Assembly (NCBI GenBank): GCA_026398235.1
Contig: JAPLTE010000040.1
Span: forward strand, 578-64,577
Length of the DNA: 64,000 nucleotides
Direction of reading: 5' to 3'
DNA from: Verrucomicrobiota bacterium
GTDB lineage: Bacteria; Verrucomicrobiota; Verrucomicrobiia; Chthoniobacterales; Chthoniobacteraceae
In this document: positions 48,984 to 58,087 of the stretch, in pieces
Numbering within the stretch: the first letter of the stretch is position 1
How the letters are laid out: the number at the start of each line of letters is the position of its first letter
Position numbers and translations under genes: made by a program
The notes under the pieces: model-generated
What the model saw: only the letters and a program-made list of their open reading frames with translations
Told to the model about the DNA's origin: nothing
Database searches by the model: none

Positions 48984-49238
48984 CTACTGCCAGGGAGGGT
49001 TGGCGGTGGTGGGCCCATACGGCCAGGTGCGTTGCCATCCGCTGATCATCGGGTTATAGGAGCCACCCGCTTCGACGACAGGGCTTTCGCCCACGGGGGA
49101 AAGACCGTCATCCCCCTCTCTTTCCCCAACCCGCACCGGCGGGGTTCCACACGTCTGACAAGTCGTAGAACATGCCCCAAGCAGGGCAGTCAGCCCAAAC
49201 GATAAAACCGCCATTCCTTTTAATCCCATGCTTCTCAT
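48984..49238 (-). CDS. Small Cys-rich lipoprotein, unknown family (paralogue B)
   Basis: MRSMGLKGMAVLSFGLTALLGAC is a lipobox, followed by STTCQTCGTPPV. The C-terminus is ...RTWPYGPTTANPPWQ. The start is ambiguous (49262, 49238 or 49229). Confidence 0.55.
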   Translation of the reverse strand: MRSMGLKGMAVLSFGLTALLGACSTTCQTCGTPPVRVGEREGDDGLSPVGESPVVEAGGSYNPMISGWQRTWPYGPTTANPPWQ

Positions 49239-49317
49239 AAAATTCCCCCCGGAAAAAATCACCCTTCATTGGGCGTTCGGGGAAATGAGAAAAAATGGCT
49301 GTGTGGGAAAAATGTGC

Positions 49318-50085
49318 CTACATTCGCCCTGTCCCCCAGCGGCGGTGGAGAAAATGTTCGATGGGCGAAAAAAGAAACTTATCCACCAGCAGTCCGATGA
49401 GGACGATGGCAAACATCACCCCGATCACCTGATCCATCGCGTTCAGGTCGCGCCCATATTCAAGCAGTTGCCCCAGGCCGAACCCGGTGAGGATGGTCAC
49501 AAAAATTTCCGCCGCCATCAGCGAACGCCACGCGAACGCCCAGCCTTGCTTCATCCCGGAGACGACGAACGGAGCCGAGGCGGGAAGAATCACGCGGGTC
49601 CAAGTGTAAAACTGCTTTGCTCCCATCGTGCGCGCGGCGCGGGCGAAGATCGGCGGGACATTGCGGATTCCGTTGTCGGTGGAAATGATAATCGACCAGA
49701 GCGAACCCATGACCACCACGAAAAGCATCGCTCCTTCGGTCTGGCCAAACCAGCGCAGCGCAAGCGGGACCCAGCAAACACTCGGCAGAGCTTGAAGCCC
49801 CAGGGCCAGCACCCCCACCGTATCTTCCATCAAACGGAACCGGGCGGTCAGCATCCCCACCGGAATGCCTATCAAAATTCCAATGCCATAGCCGGTCACA
49901 AGTCGCCGAAGCGTCACCAGCGTGGCTTGGAAAAGCGTGCCGTCGAATAGGGCCGTCTTCAGGTAATCCCAGACAGAAAGTGGATCCGGCAAAAGAATCG
50001 GCGACCATCGTTTGGTGAGCGCGAGAAGATGCCACCCCAAGAGGAGCGCGATAAAAAACAAACTGGAGGAAAGCAGGCGTTTCAT
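49318..50085 (-). CDS. ABC transporter permease, NitT/TauT (SsuC-like) family
   Basis: Six-TM BPD_transp_1 layout with an EAA-like loop (ARAARTMGAKQFYTWTRVILPAS). Confidence 0.9.
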   Translation of the reverse strand: MKRLLSSSLFFIALLLGWHLLALTKRWSPILLPDPLSVWDYLKTALFDGTLFQATLVTLRRLVTGYGIGILIGIPVGMLTARFRLMEDTVGVLALGLQALPSVCWVPLALRWFGQTEGAMLFVVVMGSLWSIIISTDNGIRNVPPIFARAARTMGAKQFYTWTRVILPASAPFVVSGMKQGWAFAWRSLMAAEIFVTILTGFGLGQLLEYGRDLNAMDQVIGVMFAIVLIGLLVDKFLFSPIEHFLHRRWGTGRM

Positions 50086-50897
50086 TCGGCTCCCAATTCG
50101 GTTTCAGGAGCATCCACATAACCCCGGAGGGCACGCGTGATGCGGCTTGCGTATTTTGCGAGTTCCACGGAGTTGATGTCGCGCGGATGCGGCAGATCGA
50201 TCTGAAATTCTTCGCGGACCCGCCCGGGATGGGGCGAGAACAGAATGACCCGGTTGCCCAGGCAAACTGCTTCGCGCACGTTGTGGGTCACGAAGACAAT
50301 CGTCTTGGCGCGTTCGGCCCAGATCCGCTGGATATCCCCGTAGAGCTGCTCGCGCGTGAGCGCATCGAGTGCTGCGAAGGGTTCATCCATCAGAAGCACG
50401 CGGGGATTGGGAGCCAGCGAACGCGCCAGCGCAACCCGCTGTTTCATGCCGCCGGAAAGTTCGTGAATATTGGAGTGGGCAAACGCTTCCAGCCCCACCA
50501 AGCGCAAGTAAAATCGGGCGACTTCGCAGCATTCCTTCTTGTTGAGATTCGGCTTGAGCTTCAGCCCAAAAAGAACATTTCCCATCACGTCCAGCCACGG
50601 GAACAGCGCCGGTTCCTGGAACATCACCATCCGATCCCGGCCCGGCTTGGTTACCGGTTTTCCATCCATCAACGTGAGTCCGTTGTCCGGGATTTCGAGC
50701 CCGGCAATGATATTTAAGAGGGTCGATTTTCCGCAGCCGCTCGGGCCCACAAGACAGACAAAATCCCCCTCATGGATATGGAAGGATATATGATCCAGTG
50801 CGCGCAATGTGCCATGGCTGGTCGTGAAATCTTTGGTCACTCCGTCGATGAGCAGCTTGGCCGGAGGCACCGCTTTGAGTTCGTCCTGAACAGACAT
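50082..50897 (-). CDS. ABC transporter ATP-binding protein (SsuB/TauB-like)
   Basis: Walker A GPSGCGKST, signature LSGGMKQRVALAR, Walker B LLMDEPF, H-loop FVTHN. Confidence 0.95.
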   Translation of the reverse strand: MSVQDELKAVPPAKLLIDGVTKDFTTSHGTLRALDHISFHIHEGDFVCLVGPSGCGKSTLLNIIAGLEIPDNGLTLMDGKPVTKPGRDRMVMFQEPALFPWLDVMGNVLFGLKLKPNLNKKECCEVARFYLRLVGLEAFAHSNIHELSGGMKQRVALARSLAPNPRVLLMDEPFAALDALTREQLYGDIQRIWAERAKTIVFVTHNVREAVCLGNRVILFSPHPGRVREEFQIDLPHPRDINSVELAKYASRITRALRGYVDAPETELGAE

Positions 50898-50907
50898 GGG
50901 GTAGATT

Positions 50908-51873
50908 CTAAGGCGTCTGCACCAACCTATGCAAATCCGGCACCTGGCGTAGAAAACCGGCTTTTTGGGCGTTCACCACAAAGGTATCGAGGCTTTCGAG
51001 CGAGACCTCTTTGGTGAGTTCGATCCGCGTCCAAGCCGAAGCGATCAATTCCGGCGAAATCTTCGACTTCGTCTCGGCGGACAACTCTGCCACCACCATC
51101 GCTTGCGCTTCCTGTGGGTGGGCTTTAATCCACTCGGTCAACTCTGCGTGCGCTTGCAACAGTTTGCGCAGCTGTTCGCGTTGCTCCCTTTGGTATCGAA
51201 CACTCGAGACCAGCACGGTGGTCACAGCATCCTTCTCCTCCAGGAAAATTTTTCCGCCCGCCTCTCGCACCAGGCGCGAAACCCATGGCTCGACGGTCCA
51301 TGCGGCATCGAGCTTCTTCTGCGCAAAAAGGGGGAGTTGATCGGGGTTGCGCGTGGGCAAAACCTGGGCGTCGCCCCCTGTCTGCGAAATCTTGAGCCCC
51401 TGGGCGGCAAGCCAGGCGCGGCACGCCACGTCTTGCGTATTGCCAAGTTGTGGAGTGGCGATGCGCTTGCCGCGGAAATCTGCCCCGGTCCGGATTCCCG
51501 AGTCGGGCTGGATCACCAGGGCCGCGCCGCCATTGGCAGCCCCGGCCACGATGCGGACCTCCTCCCCACGGGATTTAACAAAAGCATTGATCGCCGGGCT
51601 TGGCCCCACGTACGTCACGTCAATGGTGCGGGCGAACAACGCCTCCATCGCGCTGGGTCCCGCGTTATAAACATACCATTCGATCTTCACTCCGGGCCCC
51701 AGCCGCTCCTCGAACCACCCTTTGCCCTGCCGCGAAAGATGATGGGCCACCAAGGCCTGCACATGGGTCACATTAGGGAAATGGCCAAACCGGACAACGC
51801 TTTGCATCTGCGCGCAAGCGTTCCATGTCCAAAACAATACCGTCGCCGCCGCAAGAACGATTCGGGTTTTCAT
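50908..51873 (-). CDS. ABC transporter periplasmic substrate-binding protein (SsuA/NMT1-like)
   Basis: Signal peptide. The SsuA-like two-lobe pattern is present (RFGHFPNVTHVQ...GPSPAINA...IATPQLGNTQDV). Confidence 0.87.
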   Translation of the reverse strand: MKTRIVLAAATVLFWTWNACAQMQSVVRFGHFPNVTHVQALVAHHLSRQGKGWFEERLGPGVKIEWYVYNAGPSAMEALFARTIDVTYVGPSPAINAFVKSRGEEVRIVAGAANGGAALVIQPDSGIRTGADFRGKRIATPQLGNTQDVACRAWLAAQGLKISQTGGDAQVLPTRNPDQLPLFAQKKLDAAWTVEPWVSRLVREAGGKIFLEEKDAVTTVLVSSVRYQREQREQLRKLLQAHAELTEWIKAHPQEAQAMVVAELSAETKSKISPELIASAWTRIELTKEVSLESLDTFVVNAQKAGFLRQVPDLHRLVQTP

Positions 51874-51885
51874 AAGTTTGTTTGG

Positions 51886-52488
51886 TTAACGGATTTGCTT
51901 GCGGGTTGAGCCGGTTTTGGCGCGGCTTTTTACGCGGGGGCGGATTTTGCGCCGGGGGGCGCTACGGTCGGTTGCGGGCTGCGCTGCTATTTTCTTTTTG
52001 CGTGGCGCACGGCGCAGGACCATTTTCACGAAGGGAACCGCCGCTTTGTTGCGCCGGATTTTGCGCAGGGTCGCTTTCACCGTATCCGCCAACGTGACGC
52101 GATCGAGCACGCCGGTGGCGGCCCGATGCACTTCGGCCATCAACGCATGGACCCCGCAATGGGCTTCATCGGGGCAGGAGCACGGTTCGTAGCCGGACCG
52201 GCTTACGCAGGCAAGGGGAGCCAGGGGGCCATCCAGCAACCGTATGACATTGCCGAACAGAATTTCCGCAGCGGGAACTGCCAAAAAATACCCCCCTTGC
52301 TTGCCCCGCCTGCTTTGAATCCAGCCAGCCTCCCGGAGTTGCAGGAAGATTTGTTCCAGGAATTTCACCGGAAGATTTTCCTTTTGGGCAAGGTCGCCGA
52401 TTTGGACCAACGGGTGACCCAATGCCGAGGCTATCCCCAGATCAACAAGGGCGCGCAAAGCGTAGTGGCATCTTTTGGAAATCTTCAT
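51886..52488 (-). CDS. Rrf2-family transcriptional regulator with four-Cys cluster region and about 55-aa basic C-terminal tail
   Basis: MKISKRCHYALRALVDL...ENLPVKFLEQIFLQLREAGWIQSRRGKQGGY is the Rrf2 wHTH. CVSRSGYEPCSCPDEAHC follows. The tail is Lys/Arg-rich (RRAPRKKKIAAQ...RRKIRPRVKSRAK). ATG 52488. Confidence 0.9.
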   Translation of the reverse strand: MKISKRCHYALRALVDLGIASALGHPLVQIGDLAQKENLPVKFLEQIFLQLREAGWIQSRRGKQGGYFLAVPAAEILFGNVIRLLDGPLAPLACVSRSGYEPCSCPDEAHCGVHALMAEVHRAATGVLDRVTLADTVKATLRKIRRNKAAVPFVKMVLRRAPRKKKIAAQPATDRSAPRRKIRPRVKSRAKTGSTRKQIR

Positions 52489-52545
52489 CGTCCCTGCCTC
52501 AAGCCTATTGGAAGGGCTGGCCCGAAGCAATCTGAAACCGGAAGG

Positions 52546-53376
52546 CTACTCCGCTTTGATTTGGACCTGGATCCCGTAGAGCTTCCAATACGGGAATTCA
52601 AAAATGTACTGCAAGGCAAAGAAGGTCCGATAAGGCTTTGTTGCGTAATGCCCCGCCACATTCAGAATGCCCTCGCTGTTGATCTCTGGCGGGGTATCCC
52701 ATACGGGGTTGAGCTGCTTGATTTCACTGATATCCACCTTGGAATCGGTAAACGGCGCAAAAGCTGCCTTGAGTTGCTTTACGGTGAGATTATTCTGCCA
52801 CGCTAGGGCGACTTTCGAGTAGAACTCGTTAAAATCGCCTTTTTGCGCCGCCTCATTAAATAGCAGCAAGCTGCTTTTTGTGAGGTTTTGAAGGGCTTCG
52901 GGGGAGGGGAGTTCGTGGTTGGCGGAACTGTTAAAACCATCTCCCTTGCCCAAGAGGGAAAAACGGTCCTCTTCTTTATTTCCGATTTGGGTTGGGGTGC
53001 GCAGGGCGAAAACCCGCCAGGCGTTCCGTTCCTGGATCAAGGTCAAGTTCACCGGGACGGTCTTTCCGCTGGCGGATATGAATTCCCCCGATAATCTGAC
53101 GTCCCGCTCCTGGCGCTCATCTTTCAACCACGTGCAGAAAACCGTCCCAGAGCTCAAGCCGAGATCTTTGGCGGTGGCCTGAAAATTGCGAAAAGTCGTT
53201 TGTGCCTGAAAAGCAAAGGCGGTGCTTTCATAAGCTTCCTGAAAACGGGATTCGCCGATCTTTTGCAAAAAATCATTGGCCGCGCTGTGTGGATCGGGCA
53301 TCTGCTGGGGCGCTTTGCAGGCCGCCAGCAATAATGAGAAGGCGATGATCCAAACAAGGGGGAAATCTTTTCTCAT
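52546..53376 (-). CDS. Lipoprotein with two NTF2-like/DUF4864-like halves, unknown function
   Basis: MRKDFPLVWIIAFSLLLAAC is a lipobox. The two halves have similar secondary-structure-like patterns. The family call is by pattern only. Confidence 0.6.
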   Translation of the reverse strand: MRKDFPLVWIIAFSLLLAACKAPQQMPDPHSAANDFLQKIGESRFQEAYESTAFAFQAQTTFRNFQATAKDLGLSSGTVFCTWLKDERQERDVRLSGEFISASGKTVPVNLTLIQERNAWRVFALRTPTQIGNKEEDRFSLLGKGDGFNSSANHELPSPEALQNLTKSSLLLFNEAAQKGDFNEFYSKVALAWQNNLTVKQLKAAFAPFTDSKVDISEIKQLNPVWDTPPEINSEGILNVAGHYATKPYRTFFALQYIFEFPYWKLYGIQVQIKAE

Positions 53377-53380
53377 GGCG

Positions 53381-54325
53381 CTATTTGCTCCATTCCAACA
53401 TTCGTCGGATGGGGAGTTCGGCGCGCATCCGCAGCGGTTCGGGCAGGACGATCTCCGGTTGCAGCGTTTGCAGGCAGGAATGCAGTTTTTCCAAGGTATT
53501 GAGCTTCATGAAGCGGCACTCCGCACAGGGGCACTCGGGCGTCGGGCCGGCAAGAAAAGTTTTTCCCGGCAATTCCCGCCGCAGCCGATGCAGCATCCCT
53601 TCTTCGGTCACAATGATGAACGCCGAGGCCGGATGGTCGCGGCAGAAGCTGATCATTTTTTCCGTGGAGCAGACTTCATCCGCAAGCAGACGCACCGCAG
53701 GGCGGCATTCGGGGTGGGCGACCACTGGCGCGTCCGGGTATTGGTCGCGGATTTTTTCGATGCTTTTTGCGGTAAACTCCACGTGAACGTGGCAATGCCC
53801 CTTCCAAAGTTCCATCGGCCGCCCGGTTTGCTCCATCACCCAAGAGCCAAGGTTCTCATCCGGGACGAAAAGCAGATTGCGGTCTTTGGGTGAGGCGTTG
53901 ACGATTTTGACTGCGTTGCCGCTGGTGCAAATCACATCCGAGAGGGCCTTGACGGCAGCGCTGCAATTGATGTAGGCGATAACGTAATAGTTCTTATCGG
54001 CATGCGCCTTGAGATAAGCCTCCAATGCCGGGCCGGGGCAGGAATCCGCGAGCGAGCAACCGGCTTCCAAATCCGGCAAAATGACCGTCTTGGACGGATT
54101 CACGATCTTCGCCGTCTCCGCCATGAAATGCACTCCGCAGAAGGCGATCACCTGCGCATCGGTTTCAGCGGCTTTGTAGCTCAACCCGAGGGAATCGCCC
54201 ACGAAATCGGCCACTTCCTGGATTTCTTTGATCTGGTAATTGTGAGCGAGAATAACCGCGTTGCGCTCGCGTTTGAGTGCACGAATGTCTGCGATGAGAT
54301 CCAGTCCGGTTGCGGGCATAAACAA
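53381..54325 (-). CDS. nadA: Quinolinate synthase
   Basis: ILAHNYQ...VADFVGDS...FCGVHFMAETAKI...CSLADS...YINCSA...PDENLG...CHVH...AHPEC are NadA type-II motifs. Confidence 0.96.
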   Translation of the reverse strand: MFMPATGLDLIADIRALKRERNAVILAHNYQIKEIQEVADFVGDSLGLSYKAAETDAQVIAFCGVHFMAETAKIVNPSKTVILPDLEAGCSLADSCPGPALEAYLKAHADKNYYVIAYINCSAAVKALSDVICTSGNAVKIVNASPKDRNLLFVPDENLGSWVMEQTGRPMELWKGHCHVHVEFTAKSIEKIRDQYPDAPVVAHPECRPAVRLLADEVCSTEKMISFCRDHPASAFIIVTEEGMLHRLRRELPGKTFLAGPTPECPCAECRFMKLNTLEKLHSCLQTLQPEIVLPEPLRMRAELPIRRMLEWSK

Positions 54326-54349
54326 ATGTGCGAGATATCAGGGTCTTTT

Positions 54350-55051
54350 TCAACTTGAAAACCGCTCATGCTCCCGCCATTCCCGCGCGGTGAGCCCACG
54401 CACAAGCAGCGTGATTTCGCCCTTGGGCGGGTGCGCGGTGTAATGGGCCAGGAGTTCGACGGCGGGACCGATCCGGTATTCCTCAAAGGTTTTGGTCAAC
54501 TCGCGCGCCACGCAAAGGGGACGCTCTCCCAATAACCGCGTGGCGGCTTCCAACGTTTTGGTGAGACGATGCGGGCTTTCATAAAAGACGCTCGTTGCCT
54601 GGCGATTTGCGGCGGCTTCCAGTTCGCGCTCGCGCCCTCCGCTTTTGGGGGGCAGAAAACCGCCGTAATAAAAGGTATCCGCCGGGAATCCCGAGCCAAT
54701 GAGGGCTGTAATGACGGCGCTTGCCCCCGGAAGCACGCTGTAGGGCAGCTTTTCCGCAATGCACGCGGCGAGCAGGCGTCCGCCGGGATCGGATATGCCG
54801 GGCATCCCGGCATCGGAGATAATGGCGACGGTTTCGCCGCGCCGGAGCCGTTCCAATAATTCCTGGGTGCGCCGGGCCTCGTTGTGTTCGTGGTAGGAGA
54901 CCAGCGGCTTCTCGATTCCGAAATGCCGCAGGAGATGACCGGAATGCCGCGTGTCCTCCGCGCCGATCACATCTGCGCTTTTGAGCACCTCGAGCGCGCG
55001 CAAGGTAATATCGCCAAGGTTGCCGATCGGAGTGGGGACGAGAAAGAGCAT
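54350..55051 (-). CDS. rsmI: 16S rRNA (cytidine1402-2'-O)-methyltransferase
   Basis: LFLVPTPIGNLGDITLRALEVLKSADVIGAEDTR...SDAGMPGISDPG...ESPHRL. ATG 55051. Confidence 0.93.
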   Translation of the reverse strand: MLFLVPTPIGNLGDITLRALEVLKSADVIGAEDTRHSGHLLRHFGIEKPLVSYHEHNEARRTQELLERLRRGETVAIISDAGMPGISDPGGRLLAACIAEKLPYSVLPGASAVITALIGSGFPADTFYYGGFLPPKSGGRERELEAAANRQATSVFYESPHRLTKTLEAATRLLGERPLCVARELTKTFEEYRIGPAVELLAHYTAHPPKGEITLLVRGLTAREWREHERFSS

Positions 55052-55193
55052 GGGGGAAGTAAAAGGGATGGAGCGGAAAGTAAGAAGTGTATTTTTTGGC
55101 GCGTTCTTGTTCCTTGCTCTCCGCCAAAATCCCCGCCGCCTGCCATTTCCTAATATTTGCAAAAGATGGCAACAACTTCACGATGCAAGCATC

Positions 55194-55469
55194 GTGTTTA
55201 AGAGAGGGCAATCCGTCGAAAATCGCGACGTGCCGACACAAAAATCTCAGACCTGTTCCCTGCGTACGCAGTTCGGGAAAAATGTCGTCCGTTTGCGCAT
55301 CGCAAAGGGATTGACCCAAGAGAATTTGGCCGAAGCGGCAGGCATCTCTACCCGGTACACTCAGAGCATAGAGGCCGGGAAATATTTTCCAACCCTCCGC
55401 ACACTTTCCAAGCTTCGCAAAGCACTGGATACATCGTGGGACGAGATGCTGCGTGGGTGCGAGGGCTAA
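55194..55469 (+). CDS. Small XRE-family helix-turn-helix protein
   Basis: FGKNVVRLRIAKGLTQENLAEAAGISTRYTQSIEAGKYFPTLRTLSKLRKAL is an HTH_3 pattern. The start is uncertain (GTG 55194 or GTG 55230). The upstream part of the track ORF overlaps rsmI. Confidence 0.62.
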   Translation: MFKRGQSVENRDVPTQKSQTCSLRTQFGKNVVRLRIAKGLTQENLAEAAGISTRYTQSIEAGKYFPTLRTLSKLRKALDTSWDEMLRGCEG

Positions 55470-55497
55470 GAGGGCATTCCTTCTCCGATGTTGCGTA

Positions 55498-56250
55498 ATG
55501 CCTCGCTGCCCGATGCTTTTCCAAATTCCAAAGTTGCTTCGCGGCGCGGGGAGTGCGTTTCTCGACCTTCTTTACCCGCCGCATTGCACCCTCTGCTTGT
55601 GCAAGACTACCGCGGGGGAACATCTTTGCGCAACGTGCCGCAAAAAGGCGCCTGTGATCCGGGCCCCGTTTTGCGACACCTGTTCGCAGCCCTTCCCGGG
55701 ACAGATCGAAAGCGCGTTCCTTTGCCCCAATTGCAGGGAGCGCCATTTTGAATTCACCTGCGCGGTTGCCTGCTACCAAAGCCGGGACGGGGTGCGTGAG
55801 GTGGTGCACCGCTTCAAATACAACGGCAAAATCTATTTGCGCCACGTCCTGGTGGACTGGCTGGCGGAAACCTTAAAGGATCCGCGCCTCCAGACGCCAG
55901 CCTGCGACCGCATCGTGCCGGTGCCGCTCCATCCCACGCGCGAGCGGGAACGCGGCTTCAATCAGGCGCATATTCTGGCCGAGGGGCTTGCGCGCCGCAG
56001 CGGCATTCCGCTGGCGCATTGTCTCAAGCGCATCCGTTATACGACCACCCAGACGATTTTTGACCGCGAGGAACGCATGGAAAACTTGCGCGGAGCCTTC
56101 CAACTGCGGCAAAGTGCGCAAGTGCGCAATCTTCACCTTCTCTTGATCGACGACGTCCTGACTACCGGCTCCACCGTGGATGAATGCGCCCGCGTGCTCA
56201 GGGATGCGGGTGCGGCATCGGTGCGCGTCGCCACGGTTGCACGGGCATGA
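55498..56250 (+). CDS. comF: ComF-family protein (phosphoribosyltransferase domain)
   Basis: N-terminal Zn-finger-like CTLCLC...CATC...CDTC...CPNC. C-terminal PRT motif LLLIDDVLTTGST. Start is ATG 55498 or 55513. Confidence 0.85.
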   Translation: MPRCPMLFQIPKLLRGAGSAFLDLLYPPHCTLCLCKTTAGEHLCATCRKKAPVIRAPFCDTCSQPFPGQIESAFLCPNCRERHFEFTCAVACYQSRDGVREVVHRFKYNGKIYLRHVLVDWLAETLKDPRLQTPACDRIVPVPLHPTRERERGFNQAHILAEGLARRSGIPLAHCLKRIRYTTTQTIFDREERMENLRGAFQLRQSAQVRNLHLLLIDDVLTTGSTVDECARVLRDAGAASVRVATVARA

Positions 56251-57497
56251 CGTACGACGCATCCATTGCGTGGCTTTACTCTACGCAAACAGTAGGGATT
56301 AAGCTGGGGCTGGAAAACATCACCCGTTTGCTGGGTTGCCTGGGAGTGGATCCCGCGCCGCGGCCGGGCTCCGGCCCGGTTGTTTTCCACGTCGCAGGGA
56401 CCAATGGCAAGGGATCGGTTTGCGCCATGCTCGACGCGGTTTGTCGCGCAGCCGGGTTGCGCACGGCGCTCTTCACCTCGCCTCACCTGGTTTCATTTCG
56501 CGAAAGGATCCGGCTCGACGGCGTCCCGATGCCCGAGGCGGACATTGCGGCCGGGTTGACGCGCATCCGGGAGTGGATCGCCCCCTGGCCACAGCACCCG
56601 ACGTTTTTTGAGATCACCACCGCACTGGCGCTTGCATGGTTCCAGGAGCAACGCGCGGAGGTCCTCGTGCTGGAGACCGGGTTGGGTGGGCGGCTCGATG
56701 CCACCAACGCAGTCACCCCTGCCGTCGCGGTCCTTACAGCGTTGAGCTTTGACCATCGCCAATACCTCGGGGAGACGCTGGAGGAGATCGCCGCGCAAAA
56801 AGCCGGAATTTTGAAGCCCGGGGTTCCGGTGGTGAGTGTGCCGCAACCCCCGCCCGCCACCCGTGTGATCACCGAAACCGCAGCGCGGTTGGGATGCCCT
56901 CTTTCGTGGATCGCGGAACCTGCCCTGCATCCCGTGGCGTTACCCGGCAGCCATCAAAAAATCAACGCCGCACTGGCCATAGCCGCCTTGACCGCGACGC
57001 GCCTACCTGTTTGCCAAGAAGCCATTGAACAGGGGCTTGCAAAGGTGGTGTGGCCGGGCCGCTTTCAACGCATCGCGGGTGAGGGGGGCGGGGCTGTGAT
57101 TCTCGACGGGGCGCACAACGAGGCTGCCGCCAGCCGATTGGTCCAGACTTGGGGAGAATGTTATCCAGCAGAGCAGCCGGTGATTTTGTTGGGTATTTTG
57201 CGAGACAAAGAAGTGGCGGCCGTTTGTCGAGCACTCGCTCCGCTTGGTGCGGCCTTTGTCGTCGCCCCTGTGCACAGCGTCCGTTCCTGCACGGCTGAGG
57301 AACTCGCAAACGTGGTGCGCGAGGTGGCTCCTGGCGTGCCTTGTCACGTTGCGAGTTCCGTGAAAGAAGGGTTTGCATACGCACAAGCCCAAGCGCGGGA
57401 GGCCGGGTGCCGGGTGCTCGTCACCGGCTCACTATTCCTCATCGGCGAAACGCTCGCGCTTTTGGAAGGGGCAACGCCGGAGCCGAGCGCGCAATAA
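56247..57497 (+). CDS. folC: Folylpolyglutamate synthase / dihydrofolate synthase
   Basis: HVAGTNGKGS P-loop, FTSPHL, LETGLGGRLDATN, DGAHN. ATG 56247 overlaps the comF stop (ATGA). Confidence 0.93.
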   Translation: MTYDASIAWLYSTQTVGIKLGLENITRLLGCLGVDPAPRPGSGPVVFHVAGTNGKGSVCAMLDAVCRAAGLRTALFTSPHLVSFRERIRLDGVPMPEADIAAGLTRIREWIAPWPQHPTFFEITTALALAWFQEQRAEVLVLETGLGGRLDATNAVTPAVAVLTALSFDHRQYLGETLEEIAAQKAGILKPGVPVVSVPQPPPATRVITETAARLGCPLSWIAEPALHPVALPGSHQKINAALAIAALTATRLPVCQEAIEQGLAKVVWPGRFQRIAGEGGGAVILDGAHNEAAASRLVQTWGECYPAEQPVILLGILRDKEVAAVCRALAPLGAAFVVAPVHSVRSCTAEELANVVREVAPGVPCHVASSVKEGFAYAQAQAREAGCRVLVTGSLFLIGETLALLEGATPEPSAQ

Positions 57498-57519
57498 ATC
57501 GGGGCGTACAGGCTGAGGC

Positions 57520-57562
57520 AAAAAAAGAGCCGGAGATTGTGGCTTGCGCTCAACCTCCGGCT
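57520..57562 (-). terminator. Rho-independent terminator after lrp (hairpin also usable from the + strand after folC)
   Basis: AGCCGGAGaTTG (57528-57539) pairs with CAAcCTCCGGCT (57551-57562). On the minus strand the hairpin is followed by CTTTTTTTGCC. Confidence 0.6.
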
Positions 57563-57602
57563 GCTTCTCTGGGAACCCTTTCGGGTTAATTGTCTGGAAC
57601 TT

Positions 57603-58082
57603 TTAAGGCGAGACGGCGAGCCGCTGGGGCTTGCTCTCGCGGTGCAGTAGCATGCCGCTTTCTTTGTAGGCTTTCAGCCGGAAATGCGTGGCGGTTGAAA
57701 TCACCCCTTTGATGGTGCTCAGCCGCTCGGCGATGAACCGGGCGACGGATTGCAGATTCTTACCCTGCACGATGATGAGCAGGTCGTAACCGCCGCTCAT
57801 CAAGTAACAGCTTTGCACTTCCTCGAATTTTGAAATGCGGCTGGCGAGCCGGTCAAAGCCGCCCCCGCGTTCGGGGGTGATCTTGACTTCGATGACGGCT
57901 TCCACGGCCCCGTTGCCCGTTTTTTCGGGGTCGAAAAGGGCTTGATACCCCACAATAGTGCCGTCGCGCTCCAACGCTTCGAGGCGTTTTGCCGCTTCGG
58001 CTTCGCTTACGTTCAACGCCTTGGCCAGATCCCCGATGGGAGCCCGGCCATTGGTCTTAAGCAGTTCGAGCAACGGGTCCAT
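57603..58082 (-). CDS. Lrp/AsnC-family transcriptional regulator
   Basis: MDPLLELLKTNGRAPIGDLAKALNVSEAEAAKRLEALERDGTIVGY, plus an AsnC_trans_reg (RAM) domain. 159 aa from ATG 58082. The rest of the 333-aa track ORF overlaps pfk. Confidence 0.9.
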   Translation of the reverse strand: MDPLLELLKTNGRAPIGDLAKALNVSEAEAAKRLEALERDGTIVGYQALFDPEKTGNGAVEAVIEVKITPERGGGFDRLASRISKFEEVQSCYLMSGGYDLLIIVQGKNLQSVARFIAERLSTIKGVISTATHFRLKAYKESGMLLHRESKPQRLAVSP

Positions 58083-58087
58083 ATATG

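Noticed and set aside
54951-55193. Upstream part of the ORF containing the XRE HTH
   Set aside because: It overlaps the rsmI coding region on the other strand. HTH_3 proteins normally start about 10-20 residues before the helix-turn-helix.
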